This document shows, in pieces, positions 23,190-31,781 of a stretch of DNA of 33,786 nt. A program made the position numbers and the translations under genes. The stretch is from a virus (Duplodnaviria; Caudoviricetes). The notes below the pieces were generated by a model. The model searched no databases. It was given only the letters and a program-made list of their open reading frames with translations, and was not told the DNA's origin. The stretch covers positions 1 through 33,786 of IMG/VR virus record IMGVR_UViG_3300037755_001324; one strand, 5' to 3'. Position 1 is the first letter of the stretch; every line of letters begins with the position of its first letter.

Positions 23190-23430
23190 GGAGTCCGGGC
23201 GGTGTCCCGGCGGAGTCCGGGTGGTCATAGGGCGGAACGGGGCGGAAACACTGGGGGTGTCCGGGCTGTCCTGGGTGTCCGGGCGGTTTGCCTCGTGCGC
23301 GCGTGCCTATACGCGCGTGTGTGAGACAATTCGCCGGGACATGTGGGACAGGTGGGACGAAGCGTCGCGGAACAAGGGGTTGATGGGGTGCCGGCGCTGG
23401 GACGGCGCAGGGACTCGGTGGGACAGGGCA
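23190..23430. other. Iteron-like (T/A)GTCC / GGGAC cluster; candidate replication origin
   Basis: About 6 (T/A)GTCC motifs at 23192-23281 facing about 6 GGGAC motifs at 23336-23425; probably non-coding. Confidence 0.45.
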
Positions 23431-23443
23431 GATGGAGGATCTG

Positions 23444-23758
23444 ATGTATATGGATGGCCAGGGCACCAGCGCGCGGACGGACGCACTTATCGATGCGTTG
23501 TGGTCCGCGTGCCTCCCCGCGATTTTCGGGTCTACCGTGGCGGTCGCCGCGCCCCTTTATCCGATCCTGCTCCTGTTTTCCCGGGAGCCGGTTTCGGCGG
23601 TTCACTGGCTCGCCGCCATCGGCTTTCCGGCCGCGATTGTCGTCGCCGGCGTGATGGCCAGCCTGCCCTGGTTCAGGGCCCGTCGCGCGCTGTTGCGACA
23701 CATCGAGAGCCTTGAGCGCGAGACCAAAAAACACGGCAAGGGATGGGCTGTATCATGA
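23444..23758 (+). CDS. Membrane hypothetical protein
   Basis: GGAGG RBS before ATG 23444; two hydrophobic segments. Confidence 0.6.
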   Translation: MYMDGQGTSARTDALIDALWSACLPAIFGSTVAVAAPLYPILLLFSREPVSAVHWLAAIGFPAAIVVAGVMASLPWFRARRALLRHIESLERETKKHGKGWAVS

Positions 23759-24063
23759 CACCACGACAGATCGATCTCGCGCGGCATGCGCTGGGGCTGC
23801 CGAACAAGCGGCGGTGCAGCTATCGGAACCATTTCGTGACCGGGCCCGGTTGCACCGATTGGGACGACTGGCAGGCGATGGTCGCGGCCGGCGATGCGCG
23901 GCGTTACGAGCCGAGCACGCTGACCGGCGGTGATTACTGCTTCGTCCTGACGCGGCAGGGTGCCGAGGTGGCGGTCGCGCCGGGCGAGCGGCTGGACCGG
24001 GAGGCTTGGCCGATGGTGACGCGCAAGACGCCGGCCGCGGCGGCGCCGGACGAATGGCGATGA
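23755..24063 (+). CDS. Conserved phage hypothetical protein
   Basis: ARHALGL...SYRNHFV...W..MV..G.A...F.LT..G; ATGA overlaps. Confidence 0.7.
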   Translation: MTPRQIDLARHALGLPNKRRCSYRNHFVTGPGCTDWDDWQAMVAAGDARRYEPSTLTGGDYCFVLTRQGAEVAVAPGERLDREAWPMVTRKTPAAAAPDEWR

Positions 24064-24530
24064 CGACGGCGTGGGAGTTGTTCGATCGGTTGCAGGCGCA
24101 GACGGGGCCGTCGCGGATCCTCGATATCCGGCTGTATCGGTTCTTCGTCGCGCCGGCGGGGACGACGCTCGCCGAGGCGCGCGCCCAGGCGCCGCGCTAC
24201 ACGGCGTCGCTGGACGCGGCGCTGCCGTTCGAGTTGGTCACCTCGGCGGCATGGATCGCGGGCCGCTGGCACGCGACGCAATATGGCGAGGAGGGCGGCC
24301 GGCACACCTGCGTCGGGGCGACCGAGGTGCTGGCGCGGCGCGCCGTCGCGGTGCGCGCGCGTATCGCCGATGACGAGGAGCGGCTGCGGGCGGCGCGCGC
24401 GGTCGCGGTGGCGACGGAGCATGTCGCGCCGCGCGATGGGCGGCCGTTGTTCCGGCTGGTGCCGGCGCCCAGAGGGCGGATCGAGTACGCGCGGCGGAAG
24501 CGGCGGAAGCAAGACCACGGGAAAGGGTGA
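24060..24530 (+). CDS. Hypothetical protein
   Basis: ATGA overlap; PRYTASLDAA motif similar to that in 10709-11077. Confidence 0.6.
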   Translation: MTTAWELFDRLQAQTGPSRILDIRLYRFFVAPAGTTLAEARAQAPRYTASLDAALPFELVTSAAWIAGRWHATQYGEEGGRHTCVGATEVLARRAVAVRARIADDEERLRAARAVAVATEHVAPRDGRPLFRLVPAPRGRIEYARRKRRKQDHGKG

Positions 24531-25429
24531 GGCGCATGGAACGGAAGTTGTTCGGGATCGTCGAGCGGCTGGCGCGGCAGATGCTGCTCGAGGGGGCGTC
24601 GGTCGAGGCGCTGCGGCGCGTCGAGCATCTGAGGCTGTTCGTCAGGAGCGAGGCGCGCGCGCATGCAGCCGCGACCGCCGCAGCGCACGACGGCGGCGCG
24701 CCGCTGCGTGTGGTCGAGAGCCTGCGGGCCGAGCTGGCGATGACCGAGCGCCAGGCCGCGGGGATCGACGCGCTGCTGCGCCAGCACCGGCCCGCGCTGC
24801 CGTCGCCGCGCGGCGAGGCGCGGGCGACGCCGGAGACGGCGGCCAAGAACCGCGCGCGCGTCGCGCAGGACCCGACCGACGCGCTCGCCCGGCGCCGCGA
24901 CTGGCGGCCGGAATACAGCCGCGCGGCCGAGGAGATCCGCGAGGTCTTCCAGGCGCTGCAGGCCGGCCTGTTCGCGGGCTCGGCCGGGCTGGATGCGGTG
25001 CGCGTCGACAGCTCGCGGCGGCGCTTCCGGCAGCCGGTCGAGCGGATGAACGAGCGGCTGACGCGGCTGCGCATCGACCGCTACACGCCGTGGTCGCGCG
25101 AGATGGAGCGGCTCGAGGCGCACAAGGTGCGCGCCGGGCTCAGGATCGACGAGGCCGGGCAGCCCGAGAAGCCGTGGCAGGGACCGGGCCACGCGGCGCG
25201 CTCGCTGCTCGCGCTGACCATGGACGTGGTGATCGACGGCATGCCGCTGGCCGACGTCGACGCGCTGACGGGCCTGCGGCACGGGCGCACGGCCGAGCTG
25301 GTGGCGATGGCGCTGCGGCGCTATGCCGAGATCGCCGGATGGCTGGCGCCGCGCGCCGAGGCGGGGCCGCGCGAGCTGCACCCGCTGACGCGCGCGGCGA
25401 TGCGGCGGGCGGCGAAGGGCGCGGCGTGA
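24527..25429 (+). CDS. Probable late transcription regulator (sigma4-like C-terminal HTH)
   Basis: DVVIDGMPLADVDALTGLRHGRTAELVAMALRRYA; position just before the packaging module. Confidence 0.55.
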   Translation: MRRMERKLFGIVERLARQMLLEGASVEALRRVEHLRLFVRSEARAHAAATAAAHDGGAPLRVVESLRAELAMTERQAAGIDALLRQHRPALPSPRGEARATPETAAKNRARVAQDPTDALARRRDWRPEYSRAAEEIREVFQALQAGLFAGSAGLDAVRVDSSRRRFRQPVERMNERLTRLRIDRYTPWSREMERLEAHKVRAGLRIDEAGQPEKPWQGPGHAARSLLALTMDVVIDGMPLADVDALTGLRHGRTAELVAMALRRYAEIAGWLAPRAEAGPRELHPLTRAAMRRAAKGAA

Positions 25430-25692
25430 TGGTGGATTGGCCCGAAGCCGTTTCGAATGGCCTGACGCTGCCATGCGCCGATTGCAGTCAGGTGCCGCGT
25501 TTCGACTACCGTGTGACGGAGGCTTTTTGGCGGCAGCATGTGCCCGGCCCTGAGAGACTCGGGGTGGTATGCCTGCCCTGCCTGGACAAGCGGTGCGGCG
25601 GTGCTGGGCTTGCCGAGGCGCTTATCGAGATCCAATGGACCGGCACCGGACACACGGTCGTGCTGCGCCCGACGCTGCGGCATCTGTATTGA
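25429..25692 (+). CDS. Small Zn-finger hypothetical protein
   Basis: TGATG overlap; CADC...W...VCLPCL. Confidence 0.6.
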   Translation: MVDWPEAVSNGLTLPCADCSQVPRFDYRVTEAFWRQHVPGPERLGVVCLPCLDKRCGGAGLAEALIEIQWTGTGHTVVLRPTLRHLY

Positions 25693-25716
25693 CTGTGGCG
25701 TTCCGGGAGGAATCGC

Positions 25717-25747
25717 TTGACAGGCCGGGATAGCTAAGCGCTTTAAT
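25717..25747 (+). promoter_or_regulatory. Possible late promoter
   Basis: TTGACA at 25717-25722; TTTAAT at 25742-25747 (19-nt spacer, suboptimal). Confidence 0.35.
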
Positions 25748-25803
25748 CCCGCACTATGCCGAGGTGGGTGCGGTGCCAAGTCCGGCGGCGCACCCCAGAC
25801 CCA

Positions 25804-25843
25804 GAAAGCGCCCGGGTGGGAAACCAGCCGGGCGCTTTCGCTT
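25804..25843 (+). terminator. Strong hairpin, possible terminator/attenuator ahead of late genes
   Basis: GAAAGCGCCCGG...CCGGGCGCTTTC 12-bp perfect stem; weak U-tract. Confidence 0.55.
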
Positions 25844-25898
25844 GCGGGACCCCCTGTCTGTCTCGGCGGCCCTGACCATCGAACCCGGGAGCGAGGCC

Positions 25899-26243
25899 AT
25901 GACCGCGGCGCCTAATAGCGCCACCGGACGACGCTGCGCGCGCCTGCCGAGGATGGAGCCGACGCTCCAGACCATCGCTCCGGCAGGCGCGCCGGCACAG
26001 CCCAAGACCGCCGACCCGATCTATAAGACGCCGGAGTGGCAGGCGACGCGGGCGCGGGTGCTGCTGCGCGACCTGTACCGATGCTGGGTGAAAGGGTGCC
26101 GCGCGCGGGCGTTCATCGTCGACCATATCGTGTCGCCGCGAAACGGCGGGAGCGACGACGACAGCAACCTCCGCTCGGCATGCCGGCTGCACGATAACCG
26201 GTTCAAGGAAGATCACACGGGCAGGCGTCGCGGTGGTGGCTAG
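25899..26243 (+). CDS. Packaging-associated HNH endonuclease
   Basis: Y..PEW..TRARVLLRD.YRC...C..VDHIV..GG.DDDSNL...C..H..K; adjacent to terS. Confidence 0.9.
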   Translation: MTAAPNSATGRRCARLPRMEPTLQTIAPAGAPAQPKTADPIYKTPEWQATRARVLLRDLYRCWVKGCRARAFIVDHIVSPRNGGSDDDSNLRSACRLHDNRFKEDHTGRRRGGG

Positions 26244-26359
26244 GGGTGGTGGGCGGCGTGCGCGCTAGGGGCTAGGTGCGGTGAGGGGGGGGTGGTCTCG
26301 AACGCCGGGCCGTCGATCGCGCCAGACCGGCGCCCATAGCAGTTAGGGATTTTTTTCCG
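26244..26359. other. Probable cos/packaging region
   Basis: Intergenic between HNH and terS, with a G-run (GAGGGGGGGGTGGTC), GACCGGCGCCC and GATTTTTTT, as is typical for HK97-like cos phages. Confidence 0.55.
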
Positions 26360-26824
26360 ATGGCACAGGATTCCGAGGCGCCGGTCGATCTGCTCGGCTT
26401 CCCGATGTCCGAGCCCAAGGACCCGCGCGGCCGCAAGCGTCACAAGCGCCTGCCGCAAGTCGCTGAAACCGTTGCGCTTTTGCGCGGCGCCGGCCACACC
26501 GAGGACGAGATCGCCGCGATCGTCGGCCTTAGCGACAAGACCGTCCGCAAGTATTATTCCCGCGAGCTCCAAAAGGGCCCCAAGATCATCCGCGGCGTCC
26601 TGACCGTGTCGCTGTTCGCGCAGGCCAAGAAGGGCAAGGCCGCCGCCGCCCGCCTGGTGCGCGAGATCCTCGCCGACGGCGACGCCGCGGTGCCGCTGCC
26701 GCCCGGCCTTCACACGCCCGCCGCCGATACCGATGACGACGAGCCGCTCGGCAAGAAGGCCGCCGCCGACCGCGATGCCAAGACGGCGCATGAAGGGACC
26801 AAGTGGGGCCGGCTGCTGAACTGA
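26360..26824 (+). CDS. terS: Terminase small subunit
   Basis: HTH EIAAIVGLSDKTVRKYY.REL..G, LFAQAKKG..AA, LGKKA; directly upstream of terL. Confidence 0.85.
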   Translation: MAQDSEAPVDLLGFPMSEPKDPRGRKRHKRLPQVAETVALLRGAGHTEDEIAAIVGLSDKTVRKYYSRELQKGPKIIRGVLTVSLFAQAKKGKAAAARLVREILADGDAAVPLPPGLHTPAADTDDDEPLGKKAAADRDAKTAHEGTKWGRLLN

Positions 26825-28515
26825 GCGCGCCCGCCCCGGCCTGGTCGTTCGCCTGCCCCGACTGGGTCGACCGCCTCAAGGCGCGCCGCAGCCTCGTCCC
26901 CGACCTGCCGCTCGATACCGTCGAGGCCGCGCGCGCCGTCGGCATCTTCAACGCGCTGCGCCTGCCCGACGTGCCCGGCCAGCCGGCCATGGCCGAGGCC
27001 GCCGGCGACTGGTTCCGCGACATCGTCCGCGCCGCCTTCGGCTCGCTCGACAAGGTGAGCGGCCGCCGCCGCGTCGCCGAGATCTTCGCGTTGGTGCCGA
27101 AGAAGAACAACAAGACCACCGGCGGCGCCGCGATCATGCTGACGGCGCTGTTGATGAACAAGCGCCCGAACGCCGAGCTGCTGTTCGTCGGCCCGACCCA
27201 GGAGATCTCGTTCACCGCCTTCGACGCCGCCGCCGGCATGATCGCCGCCGACCCCGAGGGCTATCTCGAGAAGCGCTTCCACGTCCAGCACCACAACAAG
27301 ACGATCGTCGACCGCATCACCCGCGCGCGCCTCAAGGTCAAGACCTTCGACATGAAGGTCATGACCGGGTCGAAGCCGGTCATCGTGCTGATCGACGAGC
27401 TCCACGTCATGTCGGCCTACAGCTACGCCTCGCGCGTCGTCGGCCAGATCCGCGGCGGCATGATCGCCAACCCGGAATCGTTGTTGATCTTCATCACGAC
27501 GCAGAGCGACACCGCCCCCGCCGGCGTCTTCGCCTCCGAGCTCGGCTACGCGCGCAAGGTGCGCGACGGCGAGATCGTGGACAACGTCCGCACCCTGCCC
27601 ATCCTCTACGAGTTCCCGCCCGAGATTCAGCGCGACGAGACCGAGCCGTGGCGCGACCCGGCGATGTGGTCGATGGTCAACCCGAATCTCGGCCTCAGCA
27701 TCACGCTCGACCGCCTGATCGACGGTTTCAATCAGGCGGTCGAGAAGGGCGCCGCCGCGCTCCGCGAATGGGCGTCGCAGCATCTCAACATTGAGATCGG
27801 CCTGGCGCTCAGCCAGACCGCCTGGGTTGGTGCGCTCTATTGGGAGCGCGCGGCCGACCCCACCTTGACGCTCGCGACCCTGCTCGCTCGCTGCGAGGTC
27901 GCGACCGTCGGCGTCGACGGCGGCGGCCTCGATGACCTGCTGGGTCTTGCCGTCCTCGGCCGTGAGCGCGAGACGCGCCGCTGGCTGTGCTGGGCGCGCG
28001 CCTGGGCCTTCGTCTCGGTGCTCGAGCGCCGCCAGTCCGAGGCCGAGCGCCTGCGCAGCCTCGCCGCCGCGGGCGACCTCACGATCTTCGAGCGCATGGG
28101 CCAGGACACCGAGGAGATGATCGGGATCGTCCGCACGGTCGAGGCCGCGGGCCTGCTGGCGAACGTCGGCGCCGACCGCATCGGCGTCGATTTCTCCGAG
28201 GAGCTCAACACCCTCGGTGTCAAGCCCGGCGAGCGCCTGTTCGGTATCCCCCAGGGCTACATGCTGATGGGCGCGATCAAGACGGTCGAGCGCAAGCTGG
28301 CCGACGGCACCTTCCGCCACGCCGGCCAGCCGCTCATGGCCTGGTCGGTCGGCAACGCCAAGGTCGAGCCGCGCGGCAACGCCGTCATGATCACCAAGCA
28401 GGCGGCGGGCACCGCCAAGATCGACCCGCTGATGGCGCTGTTCGACGCCGTCTATCTGATGTCGAAAAACCCCACCGCCCCGCGCAAGCCGGAATACCAG
28501 ATGATCGTGGTCTAG
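26803..28515 (+). CDS. terL: Terminase large subunit
   Basis: VPKKNNKTT Walker A, LIDELH Walker B, ITTQS, GVDGGGLDDL, KIDPLMA. Confidence 0.95.
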   Translation: MGPAAELSAPAPAWSFACPDWVDRLKARRSLVPDLPLDTVEAARAVGIFNALRLPDVPGQPAMAEAAGDWFRDIVRAAFGSLDKVSGRRRVAEIFALVPKKNNKTTGGAAIMLTALLMNKRPNAELLFVGPTQEISFTAFDAAAGMIAADPEGYLEKRFHVQHHNKTIVDRITRARLKVKTFDMKVMTGSKPVIVLIDELHVMSAYSYASRVVGQIRGGMIANPESLLIFITTQSDTAPAGVFASELGYARKVRDGEIVDNVRTLPILYEFPPEIQRDETEPWRDPAMWSMVNPNLGLSITLDRLIDGFNQAVEKGAAALREWASQHLNIEIGLALSQTAWVGALYWERAADPTLTLATLLARCEVATVGVDGGGLDDLLGLAVLGRERETRRWLCWARAWAFVSVLERRQSEAERLRSLAAAGDLTIFERMGQDTEEMIGIVRTVEAAGLLANVGADRIGVDFSEELNTLGVKPGERLFGIPQGYMLMGAIKTVERKLADGTFRHAGQPLMAWSVGNAKVEPRGNAVMITKQAAGTAKIDPLMALFDAVYLMSKNPTAPRKPEYQMIVV

Positions 28516-28520
28516 GAGGT

Positions 28521-28757
28521 ATGATGACGCGCACCGCGCTCTTGACAACCGTCGCGCCGCGCGCGCTCTTGATTCCAGAGTCGCGCCCGTCCATTCGTTT
28601 CCCGCGCTTGGCCCACCTGGGCGACGCTGAGGTCGATTTCGCGGACTTCGCAGAATCGATGCGAGATTTTTTCACCGACTATTTCCGCCGCCTCGCACGC
28701 GCCGCTCTAGTCGCTCCGCTATTCACCGCCGCCCAGAGGCCTTCAGATGCCGGATGA
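28521..28757 (+). CDS. Hypothetical protein
   Basis: AGGAGGT RBS before ATGATG; stop overlaps the next gene. Confidence 0.5.
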   Translation: MMTRTALLTTVAPRALLIPESRPSIRFPRLAHLGDAEVDFADFAESMRDFFTDYFRRLARAALVAPLFTAAQRPSDAG

Positions 28758-28992
28758 TCTCACGCTCGTCGAGCGGCTTTGCCGCTGCCTCGCATTCCAT
28801 TGCGTCGAATCTGAGAACACGCTGGGTGTCATGGAGGTACAGGCCGAAGATATGAAAGCGGCCGTCGCCTCGGCGCGCGCCCTCGTCGCCGAAGCCGGCT
28901 TCGATTTCGACGCGCTCTATCCGGTCGCCGATCGGCCCGTCGTCAGCGAAGTGCCACCCGCGCCGCCGGACACCGATAATCGGCTCAACTAG
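28747..28992 (+). CDS. Hypothetical protein
   Basis: ORF in operon context. Confidence 0.6.
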   Translation: MPDDLTLVERLCRCLAFHCVESENTLGVMEVQAEDMKAAVASARALVAEAGFDFDALYPVADRPVVSEVPPAPPDTDNRLN

Positions 28993-28998
28993 CCGCTG

Positions 28999-29565
28999 AT
29001 GCGCCGGCTCGAGATCGGCCCCGGCAAGCGCCGCCTCCCGGGCTTCGAGACGGTCAACGCCGTCGCGAACGACCTGACCGACCACGTCGCCGACGCCCGC
29101 GCGCTGCCGTTCGCCGATGCGAGCTTCGATCTGGTCTACGCCTCGCACGTCATCGAGCACCTGCCCTGGTACCAGACAGGCGCGGTGCTGGCGGAATGGG
29201 CGCGGGTGCTGAAACCGGGCGGCGCGCTCGAGGTCTGGACCGTCGACGGGGCCAAGGTGGCGAAAGCCATGGTTCGCTACGAGGAGACGGGCCGGTGGGA
29301 CCGTCCCGATCGCTGGTCGCGCCACGGTGCCGATACCGACCCGTACCTGTGGTGCGCCGGCCGCCTGTTCGCCTACGCGCGCAAGGACACGGGCGCGCCC
29401 GACGATCCCGAGTCGCGCAACTGGCACCGCGCCCTCTTCACGCCGAAGCATCTGACGGCGTGCCTGACCCGCGCGGGCCTGCGCGACGTCCGTCTGCTCG
29501 ACCGCGCCGCGGTGCGCGGCACCGACCACGGCTGGGTCAATCTCGGCGCGACGGGCATAAAGTGA
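28999..29565 (+). CDS. Class I SAM-dependent methyltransferase (type 11-like)
   Basis: LEIGPG, DARALPFADASFDLVYASHVIEH, EWARVLKPGG. Confidence 0.9.
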   Translation: MRRLEIGPGKRRLPGFETVNAVANDLTDHVADARALPFADASFDLVYASHVIEHLPWYQTGAVLAEWARVLKPGGALEVWTVDGAKVAKAMVRYEETGRWDRPDRWSRHGADTDPYLWCAGRLFAYARKDTGAPDDPESRNWHRALFTPKHLTACLTRAGLRDVRLLDRAAVRGTDHGWVNLGATGIK

Positions 29566-30140
29566 CCCTCCTTCGCCAAGGCTACGGAGGGCAAATCCCA
29601 GCCCTGGCCATGGACCTGATGCACCCGCTCGACGGCGTGCACTCGGTGCTCGAGCTGGGCGCCAAGCGCCGCGGCGCGTTCGTCTACAAGACCTGGTTCG
29701 AGGACAACGGCTATCGCCACGTCTCGGTCGACTGGAACGGCGAGAGCGGTGCGCTGACGCTCGACCTGCGCCGGCCACTCGGCCTCGGCCGCTTCGACCT
29801 GGTCACGAATTTTGGCACCACCGAGCATGTCGACGATCAGGCGCCGGTCTGGCGCAACATCTGCGAGGCCGCCGCGACACTCTTCGTCTCGACCACCCCG
29901 GCGCCCGAATCGCGCGGCGCCCACGGCCTCTGGTATCCCTCGGGCGATTTCTACCGCGCGCTCGCCGAGCTTAACGGCTTCGTGGTCGAGCGCCTGTTCC
30001 TGCTCGAGCGTCAGCGCAAGCACGCCGCCTGGTGTGCGCGCCTGCGCCGCGTATGCGAGACCGACTTCGTCATGCCGCCCGCCGAACTGCTGCACCGCCG
30101 CGCCACGCGCGACAAATGGACGGCCCGCGCCCCGGCATGA
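29562..30140 (+). CDS. Class I SAM-dependent methyltransferase (alternative start ATG 29610)
   Basis: SVLELGAK, SVDWNG, LDL, FDLVTNFGTTEHV; GTGA overlap. Confidence 0.8.
   Translation: MTLLRQGYGGQIPALAMDLMHPLDGVHSVLELGAKRRGAFVYKTWFEDNGYRHVSVDWNGESGALTLDLRRPLGLGRFDLVTNFGTTEHVDDQAPVWRNICEAAATLFVSTTPAPESRGAHGLWYPSGDFYRALAELNGFVVERLFLLERQRKHAAWCARLRRVCETDFVMPPAELLHRRATRDKWTARAPA
29566..29591 (+). repeat. Family B single hairpin at a gene junction
   Basis: CCCTCCTTCGCCAAGGCTACGGAGGG, identical to 3875-3900 and 14343-14368. Confidence 0.92.
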
Positions 30141-30979
30141 CGCCGCGTCGTATCGCGTGGCGCACGCTCGACGACCTGATCGCCCGGTGCCGCGCCGGCA
30201 CCGGATGCGCGCGCGCATTGGCGCCGGACGTCGTCGTCGGCGTGCCACGCTCGGGTATGTTGCCGGCGTCGATCCTGGCCCTGGCACTCGACCGGCCGCT
30301 GTCCGACACGCGCTCGTTCATCGAGCGCCGCCGCTGGGGCCAGGGCGACAAGCACCCGGCGGACTGCACCGCCCGCCGCATCCTCCTGGTCGAGGATTCG
30401 GTCAACTCCGGCAAGGCGCTCGCCCGCAACGTCGCGCTGATCCGCGCCGCCCGGCCCGAAATCGAGATACTGACCTGCGCCGTCTACACCAGCGGCCGCG
30501 TCGCTCTCGACCTCATCTTCGACCGGTGTCCGACGCCGCGCCTGTTCGAGTGGAACTGGTGGCGCCACAAGATCCTGCGCGCCTGCGCCGTCGACATCGA
30601 CGGCGTCCTGTGCCGCGACCCGACCAAGGCCGAGCGCCGCGACGAGGTGCTCTATGCGCGTTTCGTCGAGACCGTGCCGCCGCTATGGCTGCCGCGCCAC
30701 CCGGTCGGCTTGCTGGTCACCGGCCGCGCCGAGCATTGGCGGCCCGGCACCGAGTCGTGGCTCGCCCGAAACGGCGTCCGCCACGTCGCGCTTCACATGC
30801 TGGCCGGCGCCTCGCCCAAGACCGACGAGGGCCACGCCGCGCACAAGGCCGCCCTCTACCGCGCCTCGCGCGCGCTGCTGTTCATCGAAAGCAACGAGGC
30901 CCAGGCCCGCATGATCGCCGCACTCTCCGGCAAGGACGCGCTGTGCATCACGACGCGGACGATGTTTCGCGCACCATGA
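30137..30979 (+). CDS. Phosphoribosyltransferase-HAD phosphatase fusion
   Basis: VVGVPRSGMLPA and ILLVEDSVNSGK (PRTase); AVDIDGVL, VTGR, HKA, FIES (HAD). Confidence 0.85.
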   Translation: MTPRRIAWRTLDDLIARCRAGTGCARALAPDVVVGVPRSGMLPASILALALDRPLSDTRSFIERRRWGQGDKHPADCTARRILLVEDSVNSGKALARNVALIRAARPEIEILTCAVYTSGRVALDLIFDRCPTPRLFEWNWWRHKILRACAVDIDGVLCRDPTKAERRDEVLYARFVETVPPLWLPRHPVGLLVTGRAEHWRPGTESWLARNGVRHVALHMLAGASPKTDEGHAAHKAALYRASRALLFIESNEAQARMIAALSGKDALCITTRTMFRAP

Positions 30980-30987
30980 AGACAAAT

Positions 30988-31079
30988 CACCACAGAGGCA
31001 CAGAGGCACAGAGAAGAAGGATGGTTGCGCCGCGAAGCGGCGCTGGAGTCCTTCTCTGTGTCTCTGTGCCTCTGTGGTT
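30988..31079. repeat. Family A inverted-repeat element (core in opposite orientation)
   Basis: CACCACAGAGGCACAGAGGCACAGAGAAG...CTTCTCTGTGTCTCTGTGCCTCTGTGGTT. Confidence 0.95.
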
Positions 31080-31103
31080 CACTTTCTTGCCGCAGGGGTG
31101 GGG

Positions 31104-31781
31104 ATGCTGACCTTCGTCACTTGGCTCTGGGGCGACAAGTACACGCCCGAGCACGTCAACCGCCTGTGCCGCGCGATCGACCGCAACCTCTCGCTGCCGC
31201 ATCGCCACGTCTGCCTCTCCGACTCGACCGCCGGCATCTACGCCGGCATCGAGGTGCGGCCGCTCCCACACGTCTCGACCAAGAAGCACGTCCAGCGTCT
31301 GTGGATATTCTCCAAGCAGGCGAGTGCGATCGGCGAGCGCCTCGTCCAGGTCGACATCGACGTGGTCGTCACCGGCGCGCTCGACCCGCTGTTCGACCGG
31401 CCCGAGCCGCTGGTGATCTGGAAGAGTGATTCGGGCGGCGCCATCGGCTACGCGCTCAACCCGACGCTGCTGATGGTCATCGCCGGCGCGCGCGCCGATC
31501 TGTGGGAATATTATCGCCGCGACCCCGCACGGGCGCTCGCGATGGCGCGCGCCGGCGGTTGCAAGGGCTCGGACCAGGCCATCATCACCAACTTTCTGCG
31601 CGACGAGCAGACGCCGGTCTGGACCGAGGTCGACGGCGTGCTGAGCTACCGCCGGCACTTCCAGGGCCGCGCCGACAAGAGCCTGCCCGAAGGCACGCGC
31701 TTCGTCAGCTTCCACGGCTACCGCGATCCGGCCGTGCCGCCGTTCAACGATCTGCCATGGGTCAAGGAGCATTGGCGCTGA
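31104..31781 (+). CDS. GT-A fold glycosyltransferase (GT8-like)
   Basis: WGDKY.PEHVNRL, CLSD, VDIDVVV (DxD), GSDQ, VSFHG..DP, WVKEHW. Confidence 0.85.
   Translation: MLTFVTWLWGDKYTPEHVNRLCRAIDRNLSLPHRHVCLSDSTAGIYAGIEVRPLPHVSTKKHVQRLWIFSKQASAIGERLVQVDIDVVVTGALDPLFDRPEPLVIWKSDSGGAIGYALNPTLLMVIAGARADLWEYYRRDPARALAMARAGGCKGSDQAIITNFLRDEQTPVWTEVDGVLSYRRHFQGRADKSLPEGTRFVSFHGYRDPAVPPFNDLPWVKEHWR

Noticed and set aside
23098-23430. ORFs across the iteron-like region
   Set aside because: Repeat-derived low-complexity translations with no convincing RBS.
26270-26310. Self-target of the gapped guide at the G-rich cos region
   Set aside because: Manual alignment matches only about three dinucleotides in the G-run, which is expected by chance.
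16158-28548. Long minus-strand ORFs (e.g. 16158..18269, 26710..28548, 24197..25474)
   Set aside because: Antisense shadows of well-supported plus-strand genes in high-GC DNA; no motifs recognised.
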